Shown: positions 25,522 to 39,625, numbered from the whole stretch's first letter. The stretch: DNA of 62,038 nucleotides, filler included, from Pirum gemmata (GCA_002812295.1; 9 parts of 9 records of this genome joined end to end with filler, not necessarily neighbours in it); one strand, 5' to 3'. Notes: generated by a model not told the origin, from the sequence alone. Translations and numbers: made by a program.

Positions 25522-28263
25522 GAATAGGCGAAGACATTTATAAAAATTTAATTTTTAATAATAGTCTAATAAGACTTTTTTTTTGAAGTCGGTTATTCCA
25601 AATTGAAAAAATTTAAAATCGGGTCTTGCCTGATGAGTTACTTTTGTTCGTCTACTGGCACTGAGTAATAAGAGGCCTGTAATAAGTGAGTATCGGATAG
25701 ACTATACTTAGACTATGCATTATGATATTATGATATCATAGTTTATCTGATATAGGAGGGGTCTCTATTTTTATTATATTATTAATTTAAACAAATATGA
25801 TACCGATACAGAATAAGCTAATAATGCAAAGGCCTATAGTGAAAGTTGTGTTTGCTGGAAGGAATACATAAAAACGTGCCATAAGGTTAGGGTAAGGGTC
25901 TGTTTAGTTTTGTAACTCTTAAAATTTCATTATTAATATATTATAGAAACTTCACTCAAACGTTGACATTATGATCATCATTATATATTTATTGGGTAAT
26001 ATCGCTATCGTTCGTAATTACAAAAAATGACAAAAAAACTACATAAAAGCTTAATTAATTAAAAGGAATTTTTGTTTTTGGGTTTGTTTTGTTTTGTTTT
26101 GTAACTATTTAGTTGTATATTTTTGTGCTGTTATATTATACGTACATTTAAAAGTTATATTTACTGACATAATTATTGCAGCAATATTAATACCTAATTT
26201 AAAAGTTATATTTACTGGCATAATTATTGCAGCAATATTAATACCTAATAAAATTATTTGATAAATTATAATTATATATTTCTTCTTTCTTGCGTTTGTT
26301 TGTGCATGTATCTAGTTTGTATCGGTGTTCGAACCGGTGTTTGAACCGTGTTTCTTAGATTTGATTCTAGTCAGTGTTTGTATCATTAATTCATTGTACC
26401 CACCGTAAGAGTATAGAGAGGTCGACACTGACTTGGCAAAGAAAAGACACTCTACAGAAACCTACTAATGTAGAAAGGGGTACGACTACGATTAGTTTCC
26501 TATAGCTATATTATGATAATTGATAACCATATGCATATGACACTTCTCAATGATAATGTTCTCATGCAGCCTATGGTACATTTTTATGTGCAATATAGTA
26601 TGCTAATGCAGCCAAAAATACAATCATATGAACAACAACGATTGCCAACTAAGGTCATTGTTGACTTATCGAATGATAACTTATACGTTTTGTGTTAGCT
26701 AAATATTTATATAACTTTGTATATTGGTTATTAATAAAAGAAATGTCTAAAATTAAAAAGTGGTTAGCAACAAAAGAAGTTTATGTAGATAGATTATTAT
26801 GCGCTGTTGTTTACAATATTCCAGTAAACTTATATTCGTATTCTAATCCGTTAAATAGAACATTGTTAAACCAAGTCATGCACAATTATATAATATATTA
26901 TAATATAACATTTATATAAAAAAGGTTATTATAATATATCATCTAATAATAGGTGACTATTATTATATCAATATTTTATATTATTATTTTTATCATAATG
27001 TGTATATGATAATTTTATTACTGATCATGAATCAGATGGATTCATGATACATTACGAAAAAAAAAAAGTCTTATATCTAATAATATTACTACTATAATAT
27101 ATATATATATACCATCATTTACTCTAAGTGTATTTGAATTTTCGACGTATAGAGTATTATCATATAACTTGACAACATCACGGAGCCCATTATATAATCA
27201 CCTATTATTAGATAGTATTATAATTACCTAATGAAAAAGGTCGTGTTCTGATGTTTTTCTGATGTTTTTCTGATGTAGTTCAGTCAGTGACAATCTAAAT
27301 GGAACCCTTATCATGAAATTATTACAATATATATTATCAATTAATAAAATACAATAAACACACATAATATTATATACAAGGCTTCGACTTATTAAGATTT
27401 CTTCAGTTTAAGAGCTAAAATATTTTTTAATTTTTTAAAAATATTTTTAATGTTTTAAAAATCTAAAATGATATAATATTAATTATTGCAAGCTATTATA
27501 TTATATTATAGCACAGGAAAGCTTAATTGAAACAATGAAATATTTAGTTGAATAAAATAAACTTTTATGTCCACTTAACTTTTTCTCTATACATAGCTAG
27601 GATTTTTTTACTTTGTAGAGCAGTGGTAACATTGTAGAAACCATTGTAGAGTTTATGCCATATAATTAAAAATTAATAATATTGGTTGTATCCAACATAT
27701 ATAGAACATCATCAACATTACAATACGAGTACAATATGGCATGATTACAATTGCTCAAGCTGAGGAATGCTTCGAAATAGATTTGTAGTACGTTGGAAGT
27801 TATACTATTTTTTAATAAGTTATTAATATCTGGTACACAATAAATCTAGATCTAGTGTTATTATTATGTATTTTAAAATATAGTATATTGACGGATTTGA
27901 AAGTTTCACAAAGAATCACCAAGCAACTGTCAACCAACAATCGGTGATTGGAGTCAGTCTATAATTAATTACAAGCATATTATAACATGACAGACTACTA
28001 TCAAAACCTATCAAAACAGGTATGTGATAGAATACTGACTCCCCATATCTCCCTATCATTACTGAGGACTTCCGTGGGAATTTGAGGAGCTGTGAAGCTG
28101 TGAACAAGTTGTGGATGATAGCTCGAGTAAACTTTATATATTCATTTATAAATAATAATAACATTAATAAGTATCTACTATCCACTCTTTTAAAAGTACT
28201 ATAGACCTTATTATATATATTATATAGATATTATTTCGAATCGAACAGTAAAAAATTATGATT

Positions 28264-28299
<36 letters not shown>

Positions 28300-29503
28300 G
28301 TGATTATTATTATTATTATTATTATTANNNNNNNNNNNNNNNNNNNNNNNNNNNNNNNNNNNNNNNNNNNNTTAATTAATTAANNNNNNNNNNNNNNNNN
28401 NNNNNNNNNNNNNNNNNNNNNNNNNNNTACCAAATTAAAAGAAATGGATTTATATAGTATTAATTTGGTACTCTTTATTGTATATTTTATGATGACAAAG
28501 CAAGTGAAAAGCACGATATTATTATTATTATTATTTGATTATTGATTATTATTGTTGTTGTAATAATACTATTATTATAAATATTATTAGTATGATATAT
28601 ATAGTATTATATTTTTTTATATTATTATTATTATTATTACTAAATAGACTATTATGATTATTATCACTATTATTATTATTATCATTATTATTATCATTAT
28701 CATTATTATAATCATTGTTAATCATTATTATTAATTAATAACTATTAATAATAGTTAATTATATAATTGATTAATTGTTATTAATATTATTATATTGTTG
28801 TAATAGTAATATTATCATTGCATTACCATATTAATATTACTAGCTATGGATTATCAGAGTACATTATATTATTGTGATAATTTACTATCATAGCTTACAT
28901 TATCGCAACAATATTAGTATCATATTATATATATAATTAATTAATTGTTATTATTATATTTTAATTATTATTGTTGATGTTGTTGTAATAGTAATATGAT
29001 CATTGCATTGCCATATTAATATTACTAGCTATAGATTATCATAGAACGTTATTATTGTGATAATTACTATTATAGCTTACAGTTAGCTTACATTATCGCA
29101 ACAATATTAGTATCATATCATTATCCATAACTTATTTATTATTTTGGACTAGCTATATCATTACTAAAGTTTGCCTAGCGACTACCACCAGCTGTATGAT
29201 ATTTTTTTAATTATCATAATGTAAAGTAAATATTAATATAATATATAATAATAAGAGCTCGAGTTATCATAGTTAGAAACGTTATGCATTACCAGTACGG
29301 TATCTAATCGTAATAATAACTGTAGACTAATAGCTAGACTAATACTCTAATACAAGGATTTGAAGTCCTTGCCTTGTCCTGGAAGTTGTCCAAGGACCTT
29401 GCCTTGACTTTGCCTTGTCTAATATTATGTATAAACAAAGTATAAACAGCTGTATAAACACTGTATAAACAATTAATTTCTTACATTCCATAGACTAGTT
29501 TCC

Positions 29504-29573
<70 letters not shown>

Positions 29574-30097
29574 AAAAAAAAGCAAAAAAGCAAAAAGCAA
29601 AAAAGCAAAAAAGCAAAAAAGCAAAAAGCAAGACTGCCAGCCTACTCTATGCCCGGATATCGTCATATCGTAGCTTTTATTATGATATGAATATCATATT
29701 AATTATCATTATAATATAAAAGCCTATCATACTTAGTACTACTATGATATCTGATATTGATATGAATGATATCAGAGTCTACTAGTTCTACTTCTAGTAG
29801 AGCTAGCTAGCTAGTAGAGCTATCAATATATGGATGTCGATATCATACTTTATTTTTATATAATAATAGGTATCGATATCATAGTAGTACTACTGGTGAG
29901 ACAAGACAAGCTGCAAGACAGGTATGATGTATTGAACTATGTATTGAACTATGTATTGTATGTATTGATAGCTGTATTGATACATTTTTCACTCATTTTT
30001 CTAGGCAGGCCATTTTTGTCTATTTTGTCAGTTGTGCCACAAATGCCCAGTGGTAGGCTCATGTACCAGTAGACCTGTAGTCATGTATCATATTATC

Positions 30098-30335
30098 AGG
30101 AGGGGTGAGAACTCTTATGGCGAACTTTTTTGACCGAGGCATATAAAAGTAAATGTTGTTCGCCTGTTTCGCCTTACCATATTTAGTATTTGTAATTATT
30201 TATTTAGTAACTACCTATTTAAGTAGTTACTTTAAAAAGAGTTTATTATACTATTTATAGTAACTTTAGGCAAATTTCTGGAAGTTCGCCGGTCCGAGCA
30301 TCCAATTGGTAAGATGACGTCATCTCATCCCTCCT
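30098..30335. mobile_element. MITE family F with 9-bp TSD
   Basis: TIR AGGAGGGGTGAGA / TCTCATCCCTCCT, flanked by CATATTATC on both sides. Confidence 0.8.
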
Positions 30336-30421
30336 CATATTATCATAGTCTAGACTATGTAGGCTATGTAGCTATAGACCCGAGGGGGGGTCTAGCTACT
30401 AGCTAGCTAGGGTCTAGCTAG

Positions 30422-30605
30422 TACTTTTCAGTTGTTTTGTCATCATAAAGTATACAATAAATAGTACCAAATTAATATAATATAAATCCATTAAATTTAA
30501 TTTGGTATATTTTATTAACTTTATATTGATTTAAAAATGTCAATTTAAACACTATAACCCACCAAATAAATATTCATAGTGACAAAATAAATGAAAATCA
30601 CGATA
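30422..30605. mobile_element. Family C MITE (partial copies also at ~3200-3335, 28428-28518, 34641-34717, 35001-35088, 37480-37630)
   Basis: Family C core ending TGAAAATCACGATA. Confidence 0.75.
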
Positions 30606-32951
30606 GCTAGTCTATATGCTACTACTAGCTAGCAGTCTATCTAAAAGTCAGATCTATCGATAATATATATGATAAAAATAGTTATTATATTGGTAGTAGT
30701 CTATCGATAGCTAGCTAGAGCTAGCTAGAGACCAGCTAGCTAGACCAGAGCTAGACCAGGTACTACTAAGTCTAGTAGCTATCATAGTATCGATACATAT
30801 TATCATAAGTGTTTTGAATCTAGCTGGCTATCATAGTGTTTTGAAGTGTGTCCTGAGGTGTTTTATAGGGTGTTTTGAGTGTGTTTTGTCAGTTTTTTGA
30901 ACTTTGTTTTGTTTTTTACATTTTTACTACTACTAGCTCGAAGTTAGCTCGAGTACTACTAGCTAGTACCTGTAGTTCTAAGTCTAGTCTATATGAGATT
31001 ATGAGTTTTAATCATATATAATATCGATAATAATACTATAATAATATTAATATTATTATATAGGAATAGTATTGGAATATTTTCAACTGTTTTCAAAGTT
31101 TTCAGTGTTTTCAGTGGTTTTCAATGTTTCTCTCATATCCATAAACTACTTATGCTTATTGACTTATAAATAAATTGGTAAATAATTCTAAAGAACAGAG
31201 AGCTTAACTGAGAAGAAGTTAAAAGGTCAATTTAACACAATTTTTTAATTAAAGGTCTAAGTATACGACTGTTACAACAGTTGTTACAACTTACAACTTA
31301 CAAGTCTGTCTACATTCTTCTCTAGCTAGATCCTTTACAAGACTGCAACAAACTGTTTCAATTATTTATCATAGTTGGTTGTATAATGATATATCATGGT
31401 TTTTTAATTTTTTTTTCTGATAGACTGGTCAGTGGAACTGTCAGTAATTACTAATTTAATAGTCTATGATAAATAGCACTTATATCTGATAAACACAGTA
31501 ATATATAAGTTATATATAGTTATCATATATACCAGCTGATATATACTACCGGTAGCTAGGTAATAATATTATATATATTATAATAAATAAAACTTTTATC
31601 TAGTAGAAACTTTTATAGTCTTCATTTATAAAATAGCTTTGTATTATTGTATATTATTCTAATAAACATTTTTTTTTATGATAATATTTCTATCAAATGA
31701 TCTGGAGACTGGAGTATTGGCAGTGTATTGGCACTGTAGTGACAGTGTAGTCTAGTGACTGTATTGCCAGGCATTGCGACGCCCGCCATATAAGCTCAAA
31801 AATCAAAAATTTTTTAAAATTTCCCAATTTTAATGAAAGTACTACCAAATTTTGAGAAATAATCTAACCAATAAAACTCTATTATGAACCAATGGGCAGT
31901 TTTTAAAAATAATTTGGCAAGCTAGCATTTTAAAAAGTTTTTAGAAAAGAAGTCTAAAAAAAAAAAAATGATTTCTACAGTTTTGTACACAGGTTTTGTA
32001 CACTTGGTAGTAGTAGATCTAGACTCTAGTACTGGTTTATCAGAAAAAAAAAAAAAAGCTTCTGTTTCAAATCAAGATTCAAACAACTACTAGTAGTTAG
32101 TCTATTCAAATTATTTCAAACGGTATTCAATTAATTTTACTATGGGGGATAGCTAACAGTTACTTAGCTAACCTATAGCTAAGAATCATATAATTAAAAA
32201 AAAAAAAAAACTGCAAAAAAGGACTAAAAAAGGGCCAAAAAGCAAATATTTGCAACGAAGCCAGTCTAATAAAAATCACTTTTAATTAAAATTAAAAATT
32301 CTAGTCTAATAAAAATTCCTAGATAAAAATTCGAACAGACCAGAGTCGGAGAGTCCAGACAGTGTCCAGACACTGTCCAGACTCCAGACTAGCTAGAGTA
32401 GTACTACTAAGTCTGTAATCTGACTCTGTATCGTGTTTTTCAATAGACTAGTGTCTCAATAGTGTTGTCTGGTACCAATTCAAAAACTGAAATAAACGTA
32501 CGAAATTATTATTATGGCTAAACTATCAGACATTTTTTAAATAATTTGGTATTTTATACTTAATTCTGTATTCTATAAACAAGTTTAATTATACACTGCC
32601 CGATGTTGTTACTTTTATTAAAAAAATTAATTTATTTGTAAGTAATAATATTCATATTTGATAACTATAAATTTTTTTTTTAATAATAGACGCAGCCAGC
32701 CTATGCTATTAAACTCTACGCTACTATTACTAGTAATAGTTTTTTAATTAAAGTGCTAGCTAGTAGCTAGTAGACTACTATTATAGTTTTTTTTTTGTTT
32801 GAGGAGAAAAAAGGTCAAAAGAGAAAAAGGTTCCGTTTCCGAGGCATGGCTACATCCTGAGGCTACATCAGCTAGCTAGCTAGTAGTAGCTAGTAGCCTA
32901 TGATACTTAGTATCATAATAAATTAGAATTTAAAAATAGCTAGTCTACGGC

Positions 32952-33181
32952 AGGAGGGGTGAGCACCCCCTTTGCGAAGGGTGAAGTGGAAGGCTATTCG
33001 CCACTTCGCAGTTATCATAAATAGTATTTATATAGCTATAAATAGTAGCTACTATTTTAGAAGCTTCTATTAATAGTAGCTATTATACTATTTAAAGTAA
33101 TTTTAATCACAAAAATTTCATTTGGCGAACTTTTGGTACCAGAGCCTTCAATTAGTAAAATGACGTCATCTCATCCCTCCT
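32952..33181. mobile_element. MITE family F
   Basis: AGGAGGGGTGAG...CTCATCCCTCCT; flanks TCTACGGC / TCTACGGT match at 7 of 8 positions. Confidence 0.78.
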
Positions 33182-33829
33182 TCTACGGTCTACCCTGGGC
33201 ACTGAAGTGCTGAACTACTACTGAACTGGTACTGAACAGATTCGCAAATTCCACTGTCCAGCACAGTTCGGCAAACAGGGTTTTCTAAAGTGTTTTCTAA
33301 TATACTTCTAATATGATAATTTTCTAATAATAGCGATCATATCATAGACTAATATCTACAGAGTCCAGACTAGTCCAGACTAGTATCGATATGATATCTG
33401 CCTTCTCCACTCAGAATCTCCAGTTCTCCTAGGTTCTCCTACATCTGTTATTATTACAGAATCCAGCCCCAATAATTCTAGAATCTAGACTATCCAGACT
33501 GGACTCTGGATAGTCTATATGGGGCATCATGGGGGTCTGTGTCCCATCTGGATGGATTATGGAGGATTGTCTATGCATTCTATATATGATCCAAAAGTCT
33601 GCCTAATTTTGGCAGATCATTTACCAAAAATAATTTTTTTTTTAAAAGGACAAAATCCTTGTGTAATAAAAAATGTTTTTTAAAAAAAACCTAACCCAAT
33701 AGTATAATATTATTTCTATTGTAAAGAATAAAATACCTTATAAGTTATAAAACAACACGTTACACCTTTGTTACACGCTACACCAATAAAATTAGAATAT
33801 CCCAAAAGAAAAGATAAAAAAAAAAAAAG

Positions 33830-33893
<64 letters not shown>

Positions 33894-34170
33894 AAAATGA
33901 AAAAAAAAAACATGTTTTTTATCTAGTAGTATGTTTTTCCTAGTATTTTTTAACTATTGCTATTTTTACTTATTTTTTTCATTTATATAAATAATAGACT
34001 ATGGTGGTAGCTAGGCAGTAGCCGCTGGCCCGCTGTAGCTCTCTAGCTAGCTAGCTCTAGCTAGCTAGGTATCAAAAGCTAGCTGGTGCTAGCTAGTAGC
34101 TACTAGCTAGAGGTTACTAGACTAGCTAGTGTGAAAAACCAAATGGTAGGGGTCCACTACTAGCTAGTAG

Positions 34171-34314
34171 GGGAGCGTTCAAGTAATACGTCACGTCAAT
34201 GGGGAGGTAGGTAGGTGGTATTTGACCGGAATTAACGTCGAGGGGTAGGTAGGTAGGGGTATTTGAATCTGTATTTGACCGGAAATTGACGTTACGTAGT
34301 ATTTGAACGCTCCC
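34171..34314. mobile_element. Family A MITE (reverse orientation); a partial opposite-orientation copy follows at ~34465-34561
   Basis: GGGAGCGTTCAA...TTGAACGCTCCC. Confidence 0.85.
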
Positions 34315-35444
34315 TACTAGCTAGCTAGAGCTAGGTGGCCATGAAATTTTATAGAAAAAACTTGAAACTCGAAAAAAAAAAGAACATCATCTCAATATTG
34401 GCATGTCACTATTTAATAATTAGTATTGAGGTGTTTGATTCGATTATGTTTTCCCATATCTCCCTCAAATACCCTTACCTACCTACCCCTCGACGTTAAT
34501 TTCCGGTCAAATACCACCTACCTACCTACCTCTTGACGTGACGTATTATTTGAACGCTCCCCTAGTAGCTAGCTATTATCCGCTCCCAAATGTTGAAATA
34601 CTTTTCAAAAAAGAGTTTTTTTTTTTCTTTCTTGAGCCCCTTGTGCTTTTCATTTATTTTGTCAACTCCGAATATTTATTTGGTTGTTTATAATATTTAA
34701 AAGTTAAAAGCACGATAGAGTCGGATAGACTAATTCATATGAATCTGAAGCTAGGAATCTGAAGATAGTCTATGACGAGGAAGATATGATAGACTATCAT
34801 AATTATTATCATATGATAGGAAAAAAAATGATGTTACTATGATAGTCTACGTACCGATTACCGAGAATCCGAGATAGTCTATAAAAATAATAATAATAAT
34901 NNNNNNNNNNNNNNNNNNNNNNNNNNNNNNNNNNNNNNNNNNNNTTAATTAATTAANNNNNNNNNNNNNNNNNNNNNNNNNNNNNNNNNNNNNNNNNNNN
35001 TCTATTTATTCATTTAACAATGTCAATTAAAATATTATAACCAACCAAATAAATATTCGGAGTGACAAAATAAATGAAAAGCACAATAGATATACCAGAT
35101 ATGTCATAATGATGTTTATAAGTGTTTATAATCTACCTGGCCGATACAATGATAGACGATCGATAGACTATTATATCATAGTATCGATAGAATAAGTACT
35201 GAATATAGACGTCTAAATACTGAATACCTCCTAGTGTATTTATTATAAATATAATAATTATGTATACTTTATGTATGGTATAATTATAGCCTAATAAGAG
35301 TAGAATAGAATACTGCTAGCTAGTAGAATAGAGTTCTACTGAAATACAATAATAATATCATATCGATAGACTAGATAGAGATTAGAGAAGAATATCAGCA
35401 AGCTGACTCATGTAGGGTAGGCTGATGTAAAATCATGTAAGTCA

Positions 35445-35532
35445 TGTCACATTTGAGTACCGCTACCCATACCACTAAGCTATCTAGCGCTAGATAGCTT
35501 AGTGGTATGGGTAGCGGTACTCAAATGTGACA
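35445..35532. mobile_element. Perfect 88-bp palindrome with TGT...ACA ends and GTCA 4-bp direct flanks
   Basis: 44-bp arms, no spacer, centre between 35488 and 35489; GTCA at 35441-35444 and 35533-35536. Confidence 0.7.
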
Positions 35533-36059
35533 GTCATAGTTTTTTTTTTTTTTTTTTTTAGTCATGCATGTAACTAAGTTTTGTTACAGAGAATTTTGAG
35601 AACTGAATTTTGTAATTTTGTAAACCATTAGTTAACCAATAGAATTACCTACTGAGCCACATTTTCCGTTTGTGTCCATCACACCTTCCCCAACAAGATA
35701 AAAAATAAAAAATGAATCTCATGATTCGAGAGTCATAAATAAAACTAAAATACCATCTAGTTTGTCTACTGGTAGTTTGTAGCCACAGCTGTAGCCACTA
35801 TGTGTGATAGACTAGTCTAATAATGTATGATAGCTAGCTAGCTAGTAGCAGGTAATGTAGTAGCTAGTCTAGCTAGACTAGTCTACTACGACTACTACGC
35901 CTAGACTACTAGCTACCTATGCTTGTAGAGTCAATGTAGACCCTCCTGCTAGCTAGCTAGCTAACTAGGCCAGGTAGTCAATACGATTATCTTATTTATA
36001 AAATTTTTACAATAATCAATATGACAGTTCAATGACCCCTTTTTTTCATGGGGTCTTTG

Positions 36060-36243
36060 TATCGTGCTTTTCAGTTGTTTTGTCATCATATACAATAAAG
36101 AGCACTAAATTAATAAAATATAAATCCATTTCATTTAATTTGGTATATTTTATTATCCATTTATTCATTTAACAATGTCAATTAAAATATTATAACCAAC
36201 CAAATAAATATTCGGAGTGACAAAATAAATGAAAAGCGCTATA
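36060..36243. mobile_element. Family C MITE
   Basis: TATCGTGCTTTTCA...TGAAAAGCGCTATA. Confidence 0.8.
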
Positions 36244-36852
36244 ATTTTTAAATTCTATGATACCTTAGATTTCCTTGTTCTAGCTAGGCTTCTAGCTCTA
36301 GTAGCTATCTGATAACTAATAGTCTATCATATCATATTAGAATATATTAGACTATATTTTTCTTTTCCTTTGAAGCATATACGTTATAGAACTTTTCTTT
36401 TTATTATTATTATTTATTATTATCGATATTTTGAAGCTAATTAAAGTTATTAAACCCCTAATATCAGATATTTATCATAGAAAACAAATAATGGTCTAGT
36501 CCATTGGTCATTTAGTAGATAAAGTATATAAGATAAAAAACAATATCGATATATTTTAAATATATCTTACAAAAGAGTTCTATGATGAATTGATAATTTA
36601 TAAGCTATGAAGAGGTTAGTAAAATGCTATACATTACCAGCTTATAAATATTTATAAATGCAAAATATTCATTCATACTTACGAATACTACTTATTAAAG
36701 ACTACTTATATATATATATTATAGGTAAATAATAAATTAAACCCCCTGGATTAAAATCAGGGATTAAAGTAAACCCTCAGCTACTAACAGCTCTCGCTAC
36801 TAAGATAGACAAACTTCGATACATTTTTTATCATAGTCTACGTAGTCTATGT

Positions 36853-37183
36853 CAGGTCCGACCTTCCTTCTGGTCCTAGTCCGCCCGGTCCGGCCCTTCG
36901 TCGGACATGTCCGTTCCGGTCCGATAAATAAAAAGTCGGGCCCCGAAAAAACTTTGCTTTCGGGTCCCGGTATTTGGTACCTATTACCCTAGCCCTAACA
37001 AGTCCTTAACACTACCCTAACCCTAACCCTAAAACACGGACAAGTTAATTAGTAAGCATTTTTGGATTTTTGTCCGAGAAAAATTTCGAGCCCGACCGAC
37101 CAAATGCCCGGACGTCTGTAAAAATTGTGGACATGTCCGACGTCGGGCGGACATTGAAAAAGTGCTTTGCCCGACTGACCTTG
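36853..37183. repeat. CpG-rich island with reiterated GTCCG/CGGAC motifs, probable DNA-transposon derivative
   Basis: About ten GTCCG/CCGAC-type motifs clustered at both ends, including the palindrome CGGACATGTCCG. Confidence 0.45.
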
Positions 37184-37976
37184 AGGCTTGAACCCTTGAT
37201 TTAATACTCTCCCTCAGAGTCTCAGACTTGTATTATTTATAAATTTATATATAATATTTTTTCTTTTCTTACTGGTTTATTTTTTTTCTTTTTTTTAAAA
37301 AATGCAAAAAAATTACCAGTACTACCTACCTATAGTGCCTAGCTAGCTAGCTAGCTAGTCTACTGGTAGACACTTAGTAGACCTCAGTAGTAGACCTAGT
37401 AGTTCTAGCTAGCTACTAGCTAGCTATCACAGCTATAGTATATCGATAGCTATGATAGGCAGCTGATGATAGGCTATGATATCGTGCTTTTCAGTTATTT
37501 TGTCGTCATAAAATATACAATAAATAGTACCAAATTAATACAATATAAATCCATTTCATTTAATTTGGTATATTTTATTATATATTTATTTTTTTAAAAG
37601 TATCAACTTAAATATTATAAACAACCAAATGTTTCAAGTATTCTAACCCCGACCGAAAACCACGACTCAAATTACTCGATCAATTTAAAAAATCAAAAAA
37701 AATAATAATAGGAGAATATGATTCGGAACCTTTTCCTGCATCGATCCGACTCAAAAAATATGAAGCCGAGCCCTCACAGGGGTAGTTTAATTAAAGTGAT
37801 GTTAGTGTATAATATTATGGAAAAGTCAGATTTGACAACCCTGCTACTAGAGACTGTCTAGCTAGACTTCTACTAGTAGGCTCGACTTAGGGGGTTTTTT
37901 GGGGGGGTTTCTTTGACGTCCTTTGTTGGTTTTCTGGTTTTTTATGCATATGTGACCATTTTGCAGTGAGAACTTG

Positions 37977-38101
37977 GGTGGGGGTATACCACATGACCTC
38001 TCAATTTTGATTTACTATTAAGTGCTGCGTATCCTAGTTACTATATATAGTAATTTTTGAAAGCAGACTAAGAGGGACAATTTAATGACGTATATATCAG
38101 T
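37977..38101. repeat. Dispersed repeat H (second copy ~45271-45430)
   Basis: Shared TTTACTATTAAGTGCTGC.TATCCTAGTTACTATATATAGTAA...CTAAGAGGGACAATTTAATGACGT. Confidence 0.7.
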
Positions 38102-38477
38102 AACCCCCCGGTACTATCCACAAGGAAAAATGAAAGTTCGATTCAAAAATGCTAAAATTTGAGCATTTTAAAATCTGGTTCTTGAAGCAAAAAAAGAAAT
38201 AATTAGTAGAATGTATTGACCAATTTCTATAATGATATTATGATATCAGATATAATATCAATAATATAGTACCTAGCTACTAGTTACTAGAGCTAGCTCT
38301 AGCAGCTATCAGATATCATAGCTGATATCAGATATGTAGTTATGGTGGCTAGCTAGTTATGTATGATAGAGTATAGTCAGAGTGTGATAGAGTAAAAATG
38401 TCGCCATTTTTATGATTTATTAAAAAAAAAAAAAAAAATTGAAAAAAAAAAAAAAATGTTTAAAGTATTTTTTTTTN

Positions 38478-38559
38478 TATTCTCTCTGCCTGAGACCACT
38501 GCAATAAGTCTGCCAGTGTCAGTCAGACCTTGCACTCTGGGATTAAGTTACACAAAAAG

Positions 38560-38561
<2 letters not shown>
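38478..38561 (+). repeat. 84-bp exact duplicate followed by poly(T) (second copy 40943-41026)
   Basis: Identical sequence at both sites; can form an imperfect hairpin. Confidence 0.8.
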
Positions 38562-38602
<41 letters not shown>

Positions 38603-39574
38603 TGATAGTACTTTAATTAATTAAAATTGGATCATTTTGAGAGTTTTTGGATTTTTGAGCTCATATGAGTCATGATATGACATGGCGGATGTCGCCATTT
38701 TTATCCGGCTTGGTAGTTATTTATTTATGTAGAGATATATTCGATCATAAGTTTAATATTTTTCGATCTGCATTTTAAAAGTTTTATTTAATTTGGTATT
38801 TTGTTTTGTACCCACACTTACTATCAGTTATTTAGTTTATATTATTAGCAATGAGTGTTCTCTTATTCTAATTCCCTTATTATGATACTACAATATCAAT
38901 AAGTTATTATGATAGTCTTCTCTTCATAATTTTTTTAAAAAAAGCTCATAAGTCTAATGTTGTATGTAGTATTATATTATGTGTATTATATAGTCCATAT
39001 CAAATTCTCAATTTTAATATGCTTTTTTAATTAATAAAATAAATTGCACCACTTGATTGTACAACACTGTTTTTTTTTTATTTTTTACTTTTTATTTTTT
39101 TTTTATGTTTCATAACATTATAGACTATCTGTATAATATTATTATGATTAATAAAAAAAAAATTCGTGGTTGCGTAGAAGTTCCAACTTCTGAACTCTAG
39201 CTAGACACAGAACGCAAACCGTAAAAAACGCAAAAAACAAAAAAACAACAAAACCGAAACAACTATTTTTATTAGACTTCTTTTCTAAAAACCCTTCAAT
39301 TAAAATGTTAACTAGCCAAATTATTTTTAAAAACTGGCCATTGGTTAATAATAGAGTTATCTTAGTTGGATGATTTATCAAATTTTGGTAGTACTTTAAT
39401 TAAAAAATTGTGAGATTTTTCAGATAAAAAAGGGTTTTAGGAGCTGTTTTAGTGTTACGGCTAGTAGCTACTAGCTAGTAGCTAGCTAGGGTTTTGAAGT
39501 CCAGGGTTCTAGCTAGCTAATGAAATGGCCACTTCTGCTACTTTTGAGTCTAGCAGTGCGATAGTCAGATGACT

Positions 39575-39625
<51 letters not shown>

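Noticed and set aside
25628..25680. Hammerhead ribozyme at CTGATGAG
   Set aside because: No correctly placed GAAA and no supporting stems.
28776..29120. Local duplications here and at ~51360-51660
   Set aside because: Ordinary AT-rich tandem duplications with no further structure.
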